From Takakia lepidozioides (taxonomy: Eukaryota; Plantae; Bryophyta), in contig CM060731.1 in NCBI GenBank assembly GCA_030704615.1, forward strand, positions 84,382,001 through 84,446,000: 64,000 bases of DNA, given 5' to 3'. Shown here piece after piece: positions 12,107 through 24,354 of the stretch. Position 1 is the first letter of the stretch; each line of letters opens with the position of its first letter. The notes beneath the pieces were generated by a model. It saw nothing but the letters and a program-made list of their open reading frames with translations, had not been told where the DNA came from and made no database searches. A program made the position numbers and the translations under genes.

Positions 12107-12859
12107 GCTTGGCTTGCGGTCCCAACACAATGGTACGCCCATCCTTTTCGGATAGTAGAACTGTACTGCTGCAAGTAGCTCTGACTCTGGCCACAGAAAG
12201 GTCCGACTTATGTCTTACCTACCAGTAACCTGTTTTGCTCGAACTAAGATAATACTATGTCATTCACTTGTGTTTCCACGTGCATGTATTTTTGTGTGTT
12301 GGAGGGTTCCTGTTTTTCTGCTCTCCCAAACTTTGCTTTCCTCATTCGACCCCCGGCAAGGAAATGCAGCGCCGCATTTCCAAGTAATGTCGTAGGTACT
12401 GGTAGATGCGGCCTTCGCCAACACCCAACCGCCCAGAAATTTCGCACGTGCGAACCCTAATGCGACACCGCATTTCCCAGTTGAGTCACAAATCTTTCCC
12501 GCCGAATACCCGAAGATGACAGAATTGTGAAGTACTGCAGACTCTATTGGTGCAGACTCTATTGGTTCAATCGCGGCAAAAGGGTCAGCTTCATTCCAAT
12601 GTTAAGGCATGTAAACCCGCGGAATACTCTATACAGGCCAGTATGCGACGTCCTTTTGCCGTGGTATACTGGATTTCTCGTTGCACGGTCACTCATTTCC
12701 ATGAACGGATCTAAAAAACCATGAGCGGACTTGTTACTGACGACATATCTTCGCCGCATTACAGGATGTGGAACTTCCAACAACGGCAAGGTCAAATAAA
12801 AAACTATTATTTTAATACTTGTTTAATCTGCCGCATTTCCAAATTTGGAGGAGTCCGCT

Positions 12860-12945
12860 CATGAAATCCGCGTGTCTTAGACTTCAGCTCACCGCTCATG
12901 CGGCTCATGCGGCTCATGGTTTTTGCTCATGAAATAGTAAACCTC
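12860..12945 (-). repeat. Right terminal inverted repeat of element A with reiterated GCTCATG motifs
   Basis: gctcatgcggctcatgcggctcatggtttttgctcatgaaatagtaaacctc. Confidence 0.85.
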
Positions 12946-15442
12946 CTTAATAATTGTGGGAAGTGTGCTAGGAATTGCATTAATAGTGATAGGCCCCGGG
13001 TTGGGGTGGATATTGCCACATCGTAAGATTATTAGATCTAGACAAGCATTTATGTAGGAATTGTTTGGTGTGGGAGGGTGGTGGTAGTAGTGTTTGGATT
13101 TACTTGGGTAGAGATGGTAGCATCCATGCGGACCGTGGGTAATTGCATTGGGGTCGAAGGTAAGTATGGTGAAGCATTTTGAGGGTTTGCGGATTAGTGG
13201 GATGTGGTGGGATTATATGATGAGGTAAATAAGGGTCTAGAGCTGAGAGAGTAGAGCTTGTGGCTCTTGAATATGTGGGGTGGATATATTGAGGATATGG
13301 TAGTTGGGTAGTTTTACTGGTGTCCCATGATTGGGCAAAACAGCAGATGAGAGTAATGTTTGTAAATGTTGTATTTGTGGGAGCTGGGAAGTCTATTGGG
13401 GGTTTTATAATATTTGGGAATTGTTGGAGTAGTACTGAGGTGGGGGCAGTGTAGCCATTGTTTATAAATAGGGATAGGATGGGGGTATGAGTAGCGGGAG
13501 AATTATTTATAAGCGGTGGGATTGAAAAATGTGTCATAGGTGCGATGGTTATGCATATTGGGATTATTTTTGTATAGGTTGTGCTATGATGGGATGTGGT
13601 GGGGATATCTAGAGTGGGAGGGGAGATCAACAATAGATGATGGATGAAGGATGTAGTGATGAGTCTTTGATGAAGTTGCAAGGGGATGGCGGGTGATAGG
13701 AGGAGAAGTTTAAAGAGTTGGGAGGGGGGACGGGTATAGAGGGGGCGAGTGTAGGTAGTATGTGAGGAGGCACTAGTTAGGGCCGCGGGGTATCCCCCGG
13801 CTATGGGCGGTCGGGGATGAGATGCGGGCTTGAGGTAAGGTGCGAATGGGGTAGGCTGGGAAGGTGGATGAATGTGGGTAATCATGGAAAATGGGTGTGG
13901 GGGGATGAGATTGTATATGGGAAATGATGGTGGGGTAGGTAGGTGTACGTGGGGGGGGTAGGGGTGAGGGGAGATATGGATGAGAACCTCGGTGAATGCA
14001 TTCTGATATAGGCAACAGAGATGGGGGTAATGATGAACGGGAGTGGAAGCTGTCGTGAGAGAGAGAAGTGACGGTTGTGGCTGGAATGGTTATGGGAGCG
14101 TGATGTTTTGGTTTGAATTATGGAGGGCACGTGGCACATGCGAGCTACGGACATGTGGCACACGCTGAGAAGTCGGGGTGGGAGTGCGACGGGCAAGAGT
14201 GTTGGGGGAGAGTGAGGGGGGTAGTGCAGTCTCTCGTGATGGCATGGAAGGTGGGGCCTCGGCACCCACGTGCCTGCCTTAATAGTGAAGCTGTTTGGGG
14301 AGTCTGCCCAGAGAGGGGGGTGCCGCGCATTATGATATGCATTGTGGAAGGAGTAGGAGTTGGATACGCAGGCGAGGTAATGTGCTTCATAGGAAGAAAA
14401 TGCTTGGTATTGAGCAGAATAAACCAGGGAAACAAATTGGGTATGTTGGGCATAGAGGGAGGTAAGATACGAGGCCAAGATAAGCATAAGAGAGAGTAGA
14501 GCTAGTCCATACAGGCTGTGGATAATCTGGCCACTGAAGCATGCTAGAGACATAAACATTAGGTGGGGTGCCGTGCATGGTATGAGTGCCTGTTAACTGA
14601 ACACTGGTGTTGTGCAGGGGCGTTGCTGGCGTCTGAAGCACCGGGGGTGGCATAGCGGTAGTGGCAAGGGCCACTAAGCTGAATCCGGGGGGGCAGTGGG
14701 CGGGAGCTCAATGAGAATCAGCGATGGGTATCCTTTTGCCTGCGCTGCAGTTGTTCTACCGGGTGGGAGTTGCTTGGGTAAGCCGGGGGGTGGGGGCAGC
14801 TTGTCCATTATCAGCTTCGCATGCTTGTAGAAATTCTCCAGATTGGCGCCAAGGTTCTGAGTGATGGATTCTTGGATCGATTCAAGGTACAGGTGGTGCG
14901 CATCGTGTTGGGTAGCAATGGTAAGGGCAACCCTGTCCTCCATCGCAGCTAGGTCGCCTTTGAACTCCGTTTTGACAGAGATAGCGTGTAGGGCTAGTTT
15001 TGGTCAATTTCAGACATGAGGTGGTCGTGCCCCTGCTTGGAACTTGAGCCAGTTGCAATGGTGAGTGAATTGACCGCGTCCGCTAGTGCTTGATTGATGT
15101 TGGCAACCCTCAGACGCTCGAGGATTTCAGCTGCTGGCGGGGTTGCCCCATTGAGGCTGTTCGTGTGAGGTTCAAACTTGATAAGCCTGCCCAAGACTAG
15201 GACTGGTGGGCGATTGCACCATTGTGCGTAGACACTAGGATTCTTGCAGGTGATGAGGGCCATGCCAGTGTGCCATGTTTTCTCCATCCTGTCGATTTTG
15301 TTGAAGTGTACATGTTCCGTGTTGTCCTTGCCAAATATGCTAGTGAGAGCAGCTTCAGTGTCAGCCTGCGAGTGTAAGGGGTTGAGGTTTGCCACCAATG
15401 TGAGAGCATCCCGCTCGGCGATGGCTTCTTGAGGTGTTGCGG
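12946..15442 (-). mobile_element. 5' portion of a non-LTR retrotransposon (ORF1 C-terminal half and ORF2 N-terminus), interrupted by element A
   Basis: ORF1-like ANLNPLHSQADTEAAL..TGMALITCKNP..IKFEPH, homologous to 21386-23870. C/A-rich sense strand like 15443-21180. 2A-like LIILRCGNIHPNPGP at 12991-13035. Confidence 0.62.
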
Positions 15443-18400
15443 GCCTTTATGACTCATGCCTCAAAGCACTCTCCAAATATAAATCCCCCGGCCCCGACCT
15501 CATCCCTAATGCCATACTCCAAGCGCTTGACCCTCATCTTCACTCTCTTCTATTAAAATTCTTTCACCTCTGTTACCGCCTACGGCGTGTTCCCCCCTCA
15601 TGGAAGCACAACCGTACTATTCTCCTGTACAAAAAGGGAGACCCCACTAATCTAGGTAACTACCGCCCCATAGCTTTAGCTAACACCATCTATAAACTCT
15701 TCACTACCCCTAACAGTGTATCAGAAAATGAATATTGTCTTCAGATTGCCCACACAACGGGCAATTGCACTCTCCCTTTCCTCTCTGCTTCTGTTTGCTG
15801 TTCAAAGGTAGGCTTCCTGCCCCGAGTTTAAATTTCAGTCTAGTGCCGAGAGTGGGTAGACCCTTGAGGTCATCCAAGATGTCCTCCCCCGTGTCACAGA
15901 CTGGAAACAAGTTCAGGGAAGTTTTCTGCCTAACTTCATTTTCATCAGAGAATCTCATGGCAACAGACATGGCTGAGGACACTACAGCCTCTAAGTCAAA
16001 TTTATCCAGCAGGGTCAAGACTTGCGGATCCAGGTCTAGGTCCTTGAGGATCTCTTCTACTCTCTTCTGCCAGGACTTAGCCTGTTTGACAGGGCGGTCC
16101 TGTTTCCAAGATATAGAGTCGATTAACTTAGGATATCTGGTGTTGGGCATATGTTGCAGCTGACCCACCATCTGACCTTGAATTCATCTCGTCGGGAGCT
16201 TAAGGATGGAATGCCAAACTCACCCCAAACAGCCACATTGGTTGTTTTGGAGCATGCTGACATATACTCCTTAAGCACCCCCACTTGAATGGATTCTAGA
16301 AACTTAGCCTAGTTGGAGTTATCAACCCATATAGCAGATCCGTACTCCAAGGCAGGTCTAATAACGCCACGATGCTTTCCAGCTATGGGGAGCACCACTG
16401 TATTCTTAGCGACCCCCAAGAAGGCTTCCGGGCCACCCGCAGCACCACTCGCCAAATACAATATGTTCTATCTGCACTCAACTGCCAACAATCTGCACTC
16501 AACCAAGACATATACCTCATGTACATTGACTTAAAAAATGCCTTCGGATCCTTAGACCATGCCCGACTTCTCGCCATTATGACAGACCTAGGCTACCCAG
16601 CTGATGCCATTCAACTCATAGGCAACATCTATACTGGCAGCTCCACAGAATACTCGGGTTCATACTATGGGTCCACCCCTCCTATACCCATTCTAAGAGG
16701 TAGTATTCAAGGAGACACCCTAAGCCCATATCTATTCATCATCTTTTTAGAGCCCCTCTTAAGATGGATTGACCGAGGCAATATTGGCTATCAATACAAA
16801 ACCTCCAACAATACTATTTCCATTGCGGCCTATGCAGATGATATAGCCATCCTCGCACATAAACCCCAACATCTCAATAAACAAGCTGACAAGCTCTCTA
16901 GATTTAACCAGTGGTCTGGCATGGAACTAAGCCTTCATAAATGCGCGGTAACCGCAACTACCCATCACAGCAAGCTAACCAAATCAACGACCGCATCACA
17001 TTGCAAACTGCATATCCATTACCAGAACAAAAACTTCCCCTACCTAGGGCCCGATGAACCCTACACCTACCTAGGTATACAACTTGTCCCCTCCCTTACT
17101 TGGCACCTCCAAAAATCCACCACAATTGCTAAACTGACCGACAGAAGCATGGCGCTCCTCAAATCTCCAATTTCCATCCGCCCAAAACTCTCCCTCATTC
17201 AAACGGTACTCAAACCACGAGTCCAATACTCATTTCACGCAGCATCCTTCTCCATACCGGATATCAAATTAATCGACAAACATTTCATTCAACTCACGAA
17301 ACGCATATGTGGTCTACCCACCAGCACCCCTAAAGCCCTTACCCAACTTCCCATAGATAGCTTTGGCATAGGTACTATCCCACTTATTACCTTCTACGCC
17401 CGCACTTTGGGAAAACAACTACAAGAAGCTCTCAACGACCTGGGCCGCCTTGGCCTCATCTACAGGGGTCTCCTTCAATTCTTGGCCAATAAATATAATG
17501 GCCTTTACTCCCTACCAACCCTCCATTCCCAATCCTGCCACCACTCCCCCACGACCAGAACTTTATATATACTACGCCAAATGAACATAAGCATACAAAC
17601 CGATCTAACGGGCTATCCCAATACCATCTCACCCCTTGAACAAGCATGGCTTAACAGCCCTTATCTATCTGAACTTGAGGAGCAGCACCCCCGCTAAAAA
17701 ACCCCCCTCCTTGCCTACTTTAAACTAAGACACATCTCAACACTCTCCCAACTCACCGCCGCCTCTGGCTATCGGCTACTCTCATCCCAAGAGTTCACTC
17801 TTAAATACTCTAGAGCCATGGTCAAAACCAACAGATTCCTATCCTTGCTTCGATCCCTCTTTTGCCACAGGACCCCCTCCTGTACCCTTGAATGTGATAT
17901 GCCATGCAAACTCTTTCCCCACCACAAACAGGACCTTCTCCCTCAATATCGAACTAGACCAGCCCCCGCTATCCTCAATACTCTGGCAATGCGCACATCT
18001 CACCCATACCCCTCTGGCGCCCACACCCCCCCAGGGCCACTATACCCTCCCACTCCCTCCCAAATGGTAGGTTCTAATCCGTCCACTCCCAATTCCCCTG
18101 ACCTCACCGCCCCTCCCACCCCTACCCAGCCCGCAGCTCCATTGATATCCCCAAGTCACCAGACTTCCCTCCCACAACCACAGTATGTTCACCCAGACAA
18201 CCCAGACGCCTTCATTATCGAAGCTATTCTTGGTACCAGAACCCAAAACACCGTCGATGAATTTGGCGCCACATGCCTAGACACCTACTACCTATGCAAA
18301 TGGGCAGGATACCCATCAGAAGATAATACCTGGCAAGCTGAAGCCAACCTATTTGATCTCATGATGACTGTGATCCCGCCCACAACCTAACCCTCCTCAC

Positions 18401-21180
18401 CACTTTTCACAAAACCACCAACACTAACTACCTAGCCCATATCCATCAGCAACACACTTCCACACCCCAACCAATAGACTCCCGATATGTTCATACCCAT
18501 CTAATTGCCCCGACAGTTCATGTGTGCATTACAGAGTGTAACCCTGACAAAGACATCCTTTGCACCTCCCCCACAATCCGCTCAGGAAAAAGCCTGTCCA
18601 AACTCTATGCCTCCCATGGCCGCTTTATAGGCCTTATCCCGAATGACAGACTCACCTGGCTGTGGCATAGATTCTCAACCTCAAACCCGCCACCTAACCA
18701 GGTCACGCCAGCACGGCAGGATTTTGCTACAGATGTCTGCTGGCTAGTAGACCGCTATTTGGCTGACATCCCCCCAAAAAAGCCTCGCTCCCCTCTAAAG
18801 CTAACACAAGCTCAATCTCATGCTACCCTCCCCCCTGACATCCTTGCATTTCTCATAGATTCTTTCCACATTACGCACTCTTATTATTCTAGCCCGCTCA
18901 CATGCCCTATGATGCTCTCCTCATTCTCTAGTACGCACCCCCGGGACTGCCTATTTGGAGCCTTAGGCTCGGCATCCCAGCACACCTGGTCTGGTTGTGG
19001 CTTCGCCCCCCCCCCCCCCCCCCCCAGGGTTCTTCTATCTATGCAAGACGCTTTACAGTGGGCACGCCTTGCGGCCCAAACCTCCCCCTCTTCCGCTACC
19101 ATCCTTCTTCTGACGAACCAACAAATGCCAAATGGCCTTCACCCCCTACTTCAACTACCCTCTGCAATAACGCCCCTAGTTGCTATCGACCCTGGTCAGC
19201 TCCAATTCTCCCGTACCCCGCCCTCCCCACATACCTTAAACACAGTGAACCCACCCTAACACTCATATTACTTGTTCATCGTCCCACCATCACCATACCC
19301 ACTGATTTCTCGTCCCGCCTTACTCACCTTCTTGCAAATACACATAACATGAAGGTCACCGTTTTCCCTTCCCCACTTACCCCCAGGGCACACCTCACCC
19401 CCTCCCTATAATTAAAATATCTAAAGCATGGTCCCAAATGCTCCCCCGCCCATCAAACCCCACACCCTATCTATTCCCACCGCTCCCCCTCCGGTATCCA
19501 GAGAGGATCTCCCCCTCAAATACCCCCCAGCCCACTACCACTACACGGATGGATCCCTCATTGCAGGCCCCCGTGCTGGTTATGGCATCTACCATGCCGC
19601 TACTGACCAAGGCATTGCCTTCCGCCTCCCTGGCCCGACCACCATCCTCAGTGCTGAGCTCATGGCCATACACGACGCCCTCACCCATCTCTCTTCATTC
19701 TCCCCACCTCACTACATTTTCACAGACAGTCTCACTTCACTCTACCTTATCCGTAACCACCTCTCTCGACCCTCCTCCCACCAACACCACTCCGACCGAA
19801 ACCTCATCTCTGCTATTGCTCATCTTGCCATATCCATAAACCAACCCATCCACTTCATCAAAGTCCGTTCACATACTGGCATCGCTGGTAACGAAATGGC
19901 TGACCTCTTCGCCCAACGAGGGGCCACATGCCCTGAGGTGAACCCCCCGTCAGACCCTATTCACGTTGCCCATACTCACCCCTTCTGGCTCATCCACCCC
20001 GTCCTTGGCCTCATGGAGCCCCGTCCTATTCGCAATTTGACCACTACCCTTACACGTGAAGCCCACAAACAAGCCTCGAACTCAGCCAGCCACACTAAAT
20101 CACACGTCCAAAAATGGACACAATCTGAGGTTCTACACCAAAAATTATCTAATCATTTCTGGCATACTAATCTTGCCACGGATGCCCAAATAAGGCAGAT
20201 CCTTAAATTTTGATATGCCCAATACATGGCCAACCAGCGCAAACACATTTTTTGGCCGCGTCTCTACCCCTCCCCAAACTGCCCACTTTGTGCTAACACC
20301 CACCAAACCCGTGACACCTGGCCTCATCTACTTAGTCAATGCACGCATCCAGTCATCCATGGCCTTCGTGTTACCCGTCATAATCATGTTGTTTGGCATA
20401 TCCATAAACTGCTCCTCAATAGACCTGAAACACGCTGGTTTTCTCTCATCAATGCTAGGACCTATCAGGGCCGGCCCCCGGACCATATTGTACCCCCCTG
20501 GCTCCTACCATGTTCGTGCAAGACCTGCTCGCATTGCTCATGTCCCGCTAGACTATGCCTTGACATACGCATTGTACAAGGGCTGCCCATAAACGCCCCA
20601 CCACCTGACACTCCATTCCCTGAACTTATCATACACTTCATCGAATTTACATACTGTAATGACCGCTACCCTGGCCCCTCCATATTAGAAAAACGCCAAA
20701 AATACGCACCGCTCATCTCAGCCATCCACCGCCGGGGTTGGGCCACCGGCCCCCTCACAATCATCTCCACAGGCACTAGAGGTGGCATCCACACCGCTAG
20801 TATTTCTGCCCTCCACAACAACTTCAAAATCCCCTTCTCCCCTATACACAAATGTTTTAAAGCTATCCACCTGACTGCGATTCGTTCCCTCACTGCTATT
20901 ATCACTAACAAAAGACAGCTCGAATCACATACTTCTCCAGCCTCTTGATTCCACATGTACCCCAGGGGTACCCCATGGGGTTCCCTTCAAAACTCACCCA
21001 CCCCTGGACCGTGGGGTGCCCTCCGGGCACCCACTATCATTTATAGGGCCCACCCCCGAAAGGGGGCAGTAGCCGCAAGGCGAAGTGGCTCTTAGTTACG
21101 CCGGCCTCGGCCGGAGTCATCTCTCTCTGGAAGATACAAGATAGCCGTAGCTTGAAGAGAGGAGGAGAACTACAAAAAAC
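15443..21180 (+). mobile_element. 5'-truncated non-LTR retrotransposon: RT, chromodomain, RNase H, CCHC finger and restriction-like endonuclease (Dualen/RandI-like architecture); frameshifted
   Basis: KSPGPD..NYRPIAL (15480-15680); QEGFR, DLKNAF, QGDTLSP, AYADD (16372-17697); chromodomain IIEAIL..YLCKWAGYPSEDNTWQ (about 18210-18350); RNase H YTDGS..AEL..TDS..KVRSHTGIAGNEMAD (19428-20213); CPLC..H..C..RHN..LCLDI..IEFTY (20226-20948); short A-rich end near 21180. Confidence 0.88.
15717..16369 (-). mobile_element. Inverted fragment of an unrelated non-LTR element (post-RT region and Zn finger) inserted in the RT
   Basis: VIRPALEYGSAIW and CPLCGQSEDNIHFLIHC on the minus strand. Host RT motifs YKLFT / MLSSYGE..QEGFR join across it. 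Boundaries are approximate. Confidence 0.75.
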
Positions 21181-24100
21181 TTAGAGAGTGTGGCGGGGTA
21201 GAGCGATAGTGGTCAAGAGGAGACTTCCGTCACCTGGTAGTTGGGTGGTGCGATCGTAGCTGCTGCTTATGCATATCCGTCCTTGTTGTTCACTGTGTTC
21301 ATGTCTGTGGCAGGAGGGCTCGCAATGTGGAGAGCGGGCCCCGTTGGTGGCAGAACTTGTTTCGCGGCCATCGGGGCAGTCAGAGTCAGGGCTGGGCTCG
21401 TGACACCCAAGCGGGGGGGGGGGGGGTTGCATGCAGGAACTCCACCAAGGCCAATGGCCTATAACCGCATGTTGCCACATTTGGAACATTGCTTGTGTCG
21501 CCCAGCCCAGAGGGGTGAAAGGTCATGCCGGCGGGTGGAGGGAGCCTATCGAGAACCATATTAGCGTGGTTGTAGAAGTTCACAAGATTAGCTCCGAGAT
21601 TTTTGGTGATGGAGTCCCATAGTGAAACCAAGTAGGCGTGGTGTTCGTCGTGTTGGGTCACCATGGTGGAGGCAACTCGGGTTTCTAGAGATGCCAAGTC
21701 CCCACGTATATCGGTCTTGATTGAAATGGCGTGTTGGGCTAATTTTTTGTCGATTTCTAACATGAGGATGTCGTGACCATGGCTAGGGCTTGCTTCTGCT
21801 TTGATGTTGATTGAATTCATGATGTCCGCAAGCCACTGGTTAATGTTAGCAACGCGCAGCCGATCGAGAATCTCTTTGGCAGGTGGAATCGAACCGTTCA
21901 GACTGTGCGTATGTGGCTCAAACTTGATATGTCGGTCTAGAACTCGAGGGATGCTAGATCGCAAGCGGTGAGCCTATGCTCACGTGAGCGGTGTTGCCCC
22001 ATGATTTTGCAAAAAGGTACTGTATGCAATTCTGCGGATGGCACCCATAACCGCGGGCAAGATGTCCCTGTAGGCATGCCAGTGACAAGGTTATATGAAG
22101 AGCACATTTGCAAGGGATCCAACCGATTGCTGCGATATTGACAGTGGGCACAATGAAGATTAGTAATTAAGGGGAAGGTGGTATAATGGATGGGTAATTA
22201 GGGTTTCTTTAGGGTTTCTTTAATGTTTTTAGGGTTTTTTTCCCCGCAGATGCCACTGAATTTTTGTCTTGTTGTTCCGGGTTTTTAGGGTTTTTAGGGT
22301 TTTCTTAGGGGGTTTTTAGGGGGGGGTTATTTTCCCCGCAGGTGCCACTGAAAGTGGTATGCGTTGCCGCACACCACTTTCAGGGGATTTTTTTGGGGGT
22401 TTTTAGGGTTTTTAGGGTTTTTTTTGGTGTGTGGTGCCACTAAAAAAGGTGTGCGGTGCCGCACACCCCTTTTCAGGATTTTTATTTTTATTTTTTGGGG
22501 GTTTTTTAAGGGTTTTAAGGGTTTTCTTAGGGTTTTGTTTTAGTGTGCGGTGCCACTGAAAGAGGTGTGCGGTGCCGCACACCCCTTTTCAGGGGTTTTT
22601 TTTTTTCCTTTTTTGGGGTTTTTTTAAGGTTTTTTTAGGGTTTTTTTTTTCCCCCGCAGTTGCCAGTGAAAGTGGTGTGTAGCACCACGCACCACTTTCA
22701 GGGGTTTTTTTTAGGGTTTTTTTGGGGGTGTTTTTGCTCACAAATGCCATTAAAAGTGGTGTGCAGTGCCGCACACCACTTTCAGGGGATTTTTTTTTGT
22801 TTTTGTTTGGCAATTGCCGCTCAAAATGGTGTCGTCTTGTTTGCAATATTCAGCATAGGTCAGCAGTTGACAGTCCTACCTATTCATTGAAGCCATGTGC
22901 TCTTCTTTCATAATGGGGTCTAATTTCATCATACTTTACATGCCTATTCCCATGGTTATAGGTCCAGCGGGAATAGGTACTCTTTCTTCGACCGCCCGTC
23001 CTGTGGCATTTGCTGACATGGCCTTCGCTCGCGCTAACATGGCACCCGCTCACGCTAACGTGGCATGAGCGTGGGCTCACGCCACGTCAGCCCCGCGTGA
23101 GTGTGCGCTCACCGCTCACGCCGTGGCGTCGCTCCTCGTATGTGGGGCTTATTGCACCATTGAGTATAGACGCTTGGGTTTTTGCATGTAAGAAGGGTCA
23201 TACTAGAGTGTCTGCTCTTCTCTGTTGGTGCGATTTTACTGAAGTGGACTTGTACCAGGTTGTCTTTGCCAAGGATGGCACGGAGTGCTGCTTTTGTGTC
23301 GGTTTGTGAGTGCAAGGGGTTGAGACCCTTCACAACCAGAGTGAGTGCGTCGCGCTCCGCGATAATTTCCTGCGGGGTGGCAAATAGGCCAGTCATGCTA
23401 GCTCGGTAGGTACAAAGTTGTGGTCGTATCAGTGTGTGCTCAATGCGGATTCCCTGCACAAGCATCCGTTGTTTAGTATCCTCGGAAGCCAAGTAGATGA
23501 AACAAAATTTAGAATCAGGGCTAGTTTTATGAACATGTAAAATTTCGAATTCGTCTCCATGCAGGTATGTTTCCATGATCACGTGCATCGATAATTTGTA
23601 ATCAACTGTGCCTTGCAGAGAATCGCTGGCCATGTATAGGGAGAGGTAGTCGGAGGAGGCCAGTAGATCGTACGCCTTCTCCACTTTCCCTTGAAGGGGA
23701 ATCTCCGATGCCATCTCCTTCATGAACGCGCGATTGCCTTTCAAGAGCGCTATGCCATCAGTCTCTCGGTGAAGGAGCTCAATTTTGAGAAGCCCATACC
23801 ACATTTTGCTTCCATGCTTAGTGTACGCTATGATTGGTGAATACAGGATGCTCCCCAAGGGGATCTTCATTTCTTCAAATCTCTTCTTGGCACAGTAGAG
23901 CGCCTGCTCCTTGGCATATCTGTGTCGTAGTTGAACGTTATCATGATGTGGCGGATAGACCAGAGCCTGGGTCTACCTTAGTGCCTTTTGGTAATTGGGT
24001 AAGCGGGAGAAACTGCCCCTCATGCCCGTCTAATCGCGTAGCGGGGAAGTAAAGTTGTGGAACATGGGGGAAGGCCTTGAGACAATGACGTAATTCATGG

Positions 24101-24350
24101 ATTTCAGAGGCCCGAAGGCCCAACATCTGTAACTCTGCCGTCGAGCGTGTTTCGGTGATGAATGGGAGTTTTGTGTCATAAGCGTGTTTATCTAGAGTGA
24201 GGTAACCCATCCAGAGATGTGGTGTGGCAGGTGAGCTGGAGGTGTCCATGTGCCGTGCCGGACTTGGTGCATCCAGGCCCCTTGATTTTTTGGGATCAGA
24301 GTGGGAGCTGCCGGTATCACTGTTGAACACATTGGATGCACGTTTGATAC
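21181..24350 (-). mobile_element. Second copy of the non-LTR element's ORF1 region, interrupted at 21946-23134
   Basis: ORFs 23941-24249, 23109-23870 and 21386-21964. WCNKPHIR|VLDRHIKFEPH rejoins without a gap relative to WCNRPPVLVLGRLIKFEPH of the 14994-15398 copy. Confidence 0.7.
21946..23134. mobile_element. Non-autonomous TIR element (putative subfamily C) with 30-bp palindromes and TTTAGGG-like repeats
   Basis: Ends GAGGGATGCTAGATCGCAAGC / GCTCACGCCGTGGCGTCGCTC; CTC duplicated at the flanks. AAAGTGGTGTGCGGTGCCGCACACCACTTT-like palindromes at about 22351, 22443, 22559, 22669 and 22753. Confidence 0.75.
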
Positions 24351-24354
24351 CTGG

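Larger units (their letters stand above)
1..12945. mobile_element. Large Mutator-like (MULE) DNA transposon, subfamily A; left end lies upstream of the window
   Basis: Right terminus GCTCATGAAATAGTAAACCTC ends at 12945 and matches the termini at 29090, 43354, 45141 and 50628. It has the same layout as the complete element 29090-43354 (cargo gene on -, palindrome array, transposase on +). Bases 1-397 are nearly identical to about 48333-48712, the inner part of an A-type left end. Confidence 0.88.

Noticed and set aside
21050-21115. Hammerhead or HDV ribozyme, or tRNA, in the LINE 3' UTR
   Set aside because: No CUGANGA core, nested pseudoknot or cloverleaf is recognisable by eye.
12946-21180. 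A single LINE with a twin-priming 5' inversion
   Set aside because: No TSD is visible, the left side is cut by element A, and a second ORF1 copy abuts the 3' end. It cannot be distinguished from independent nested copies.
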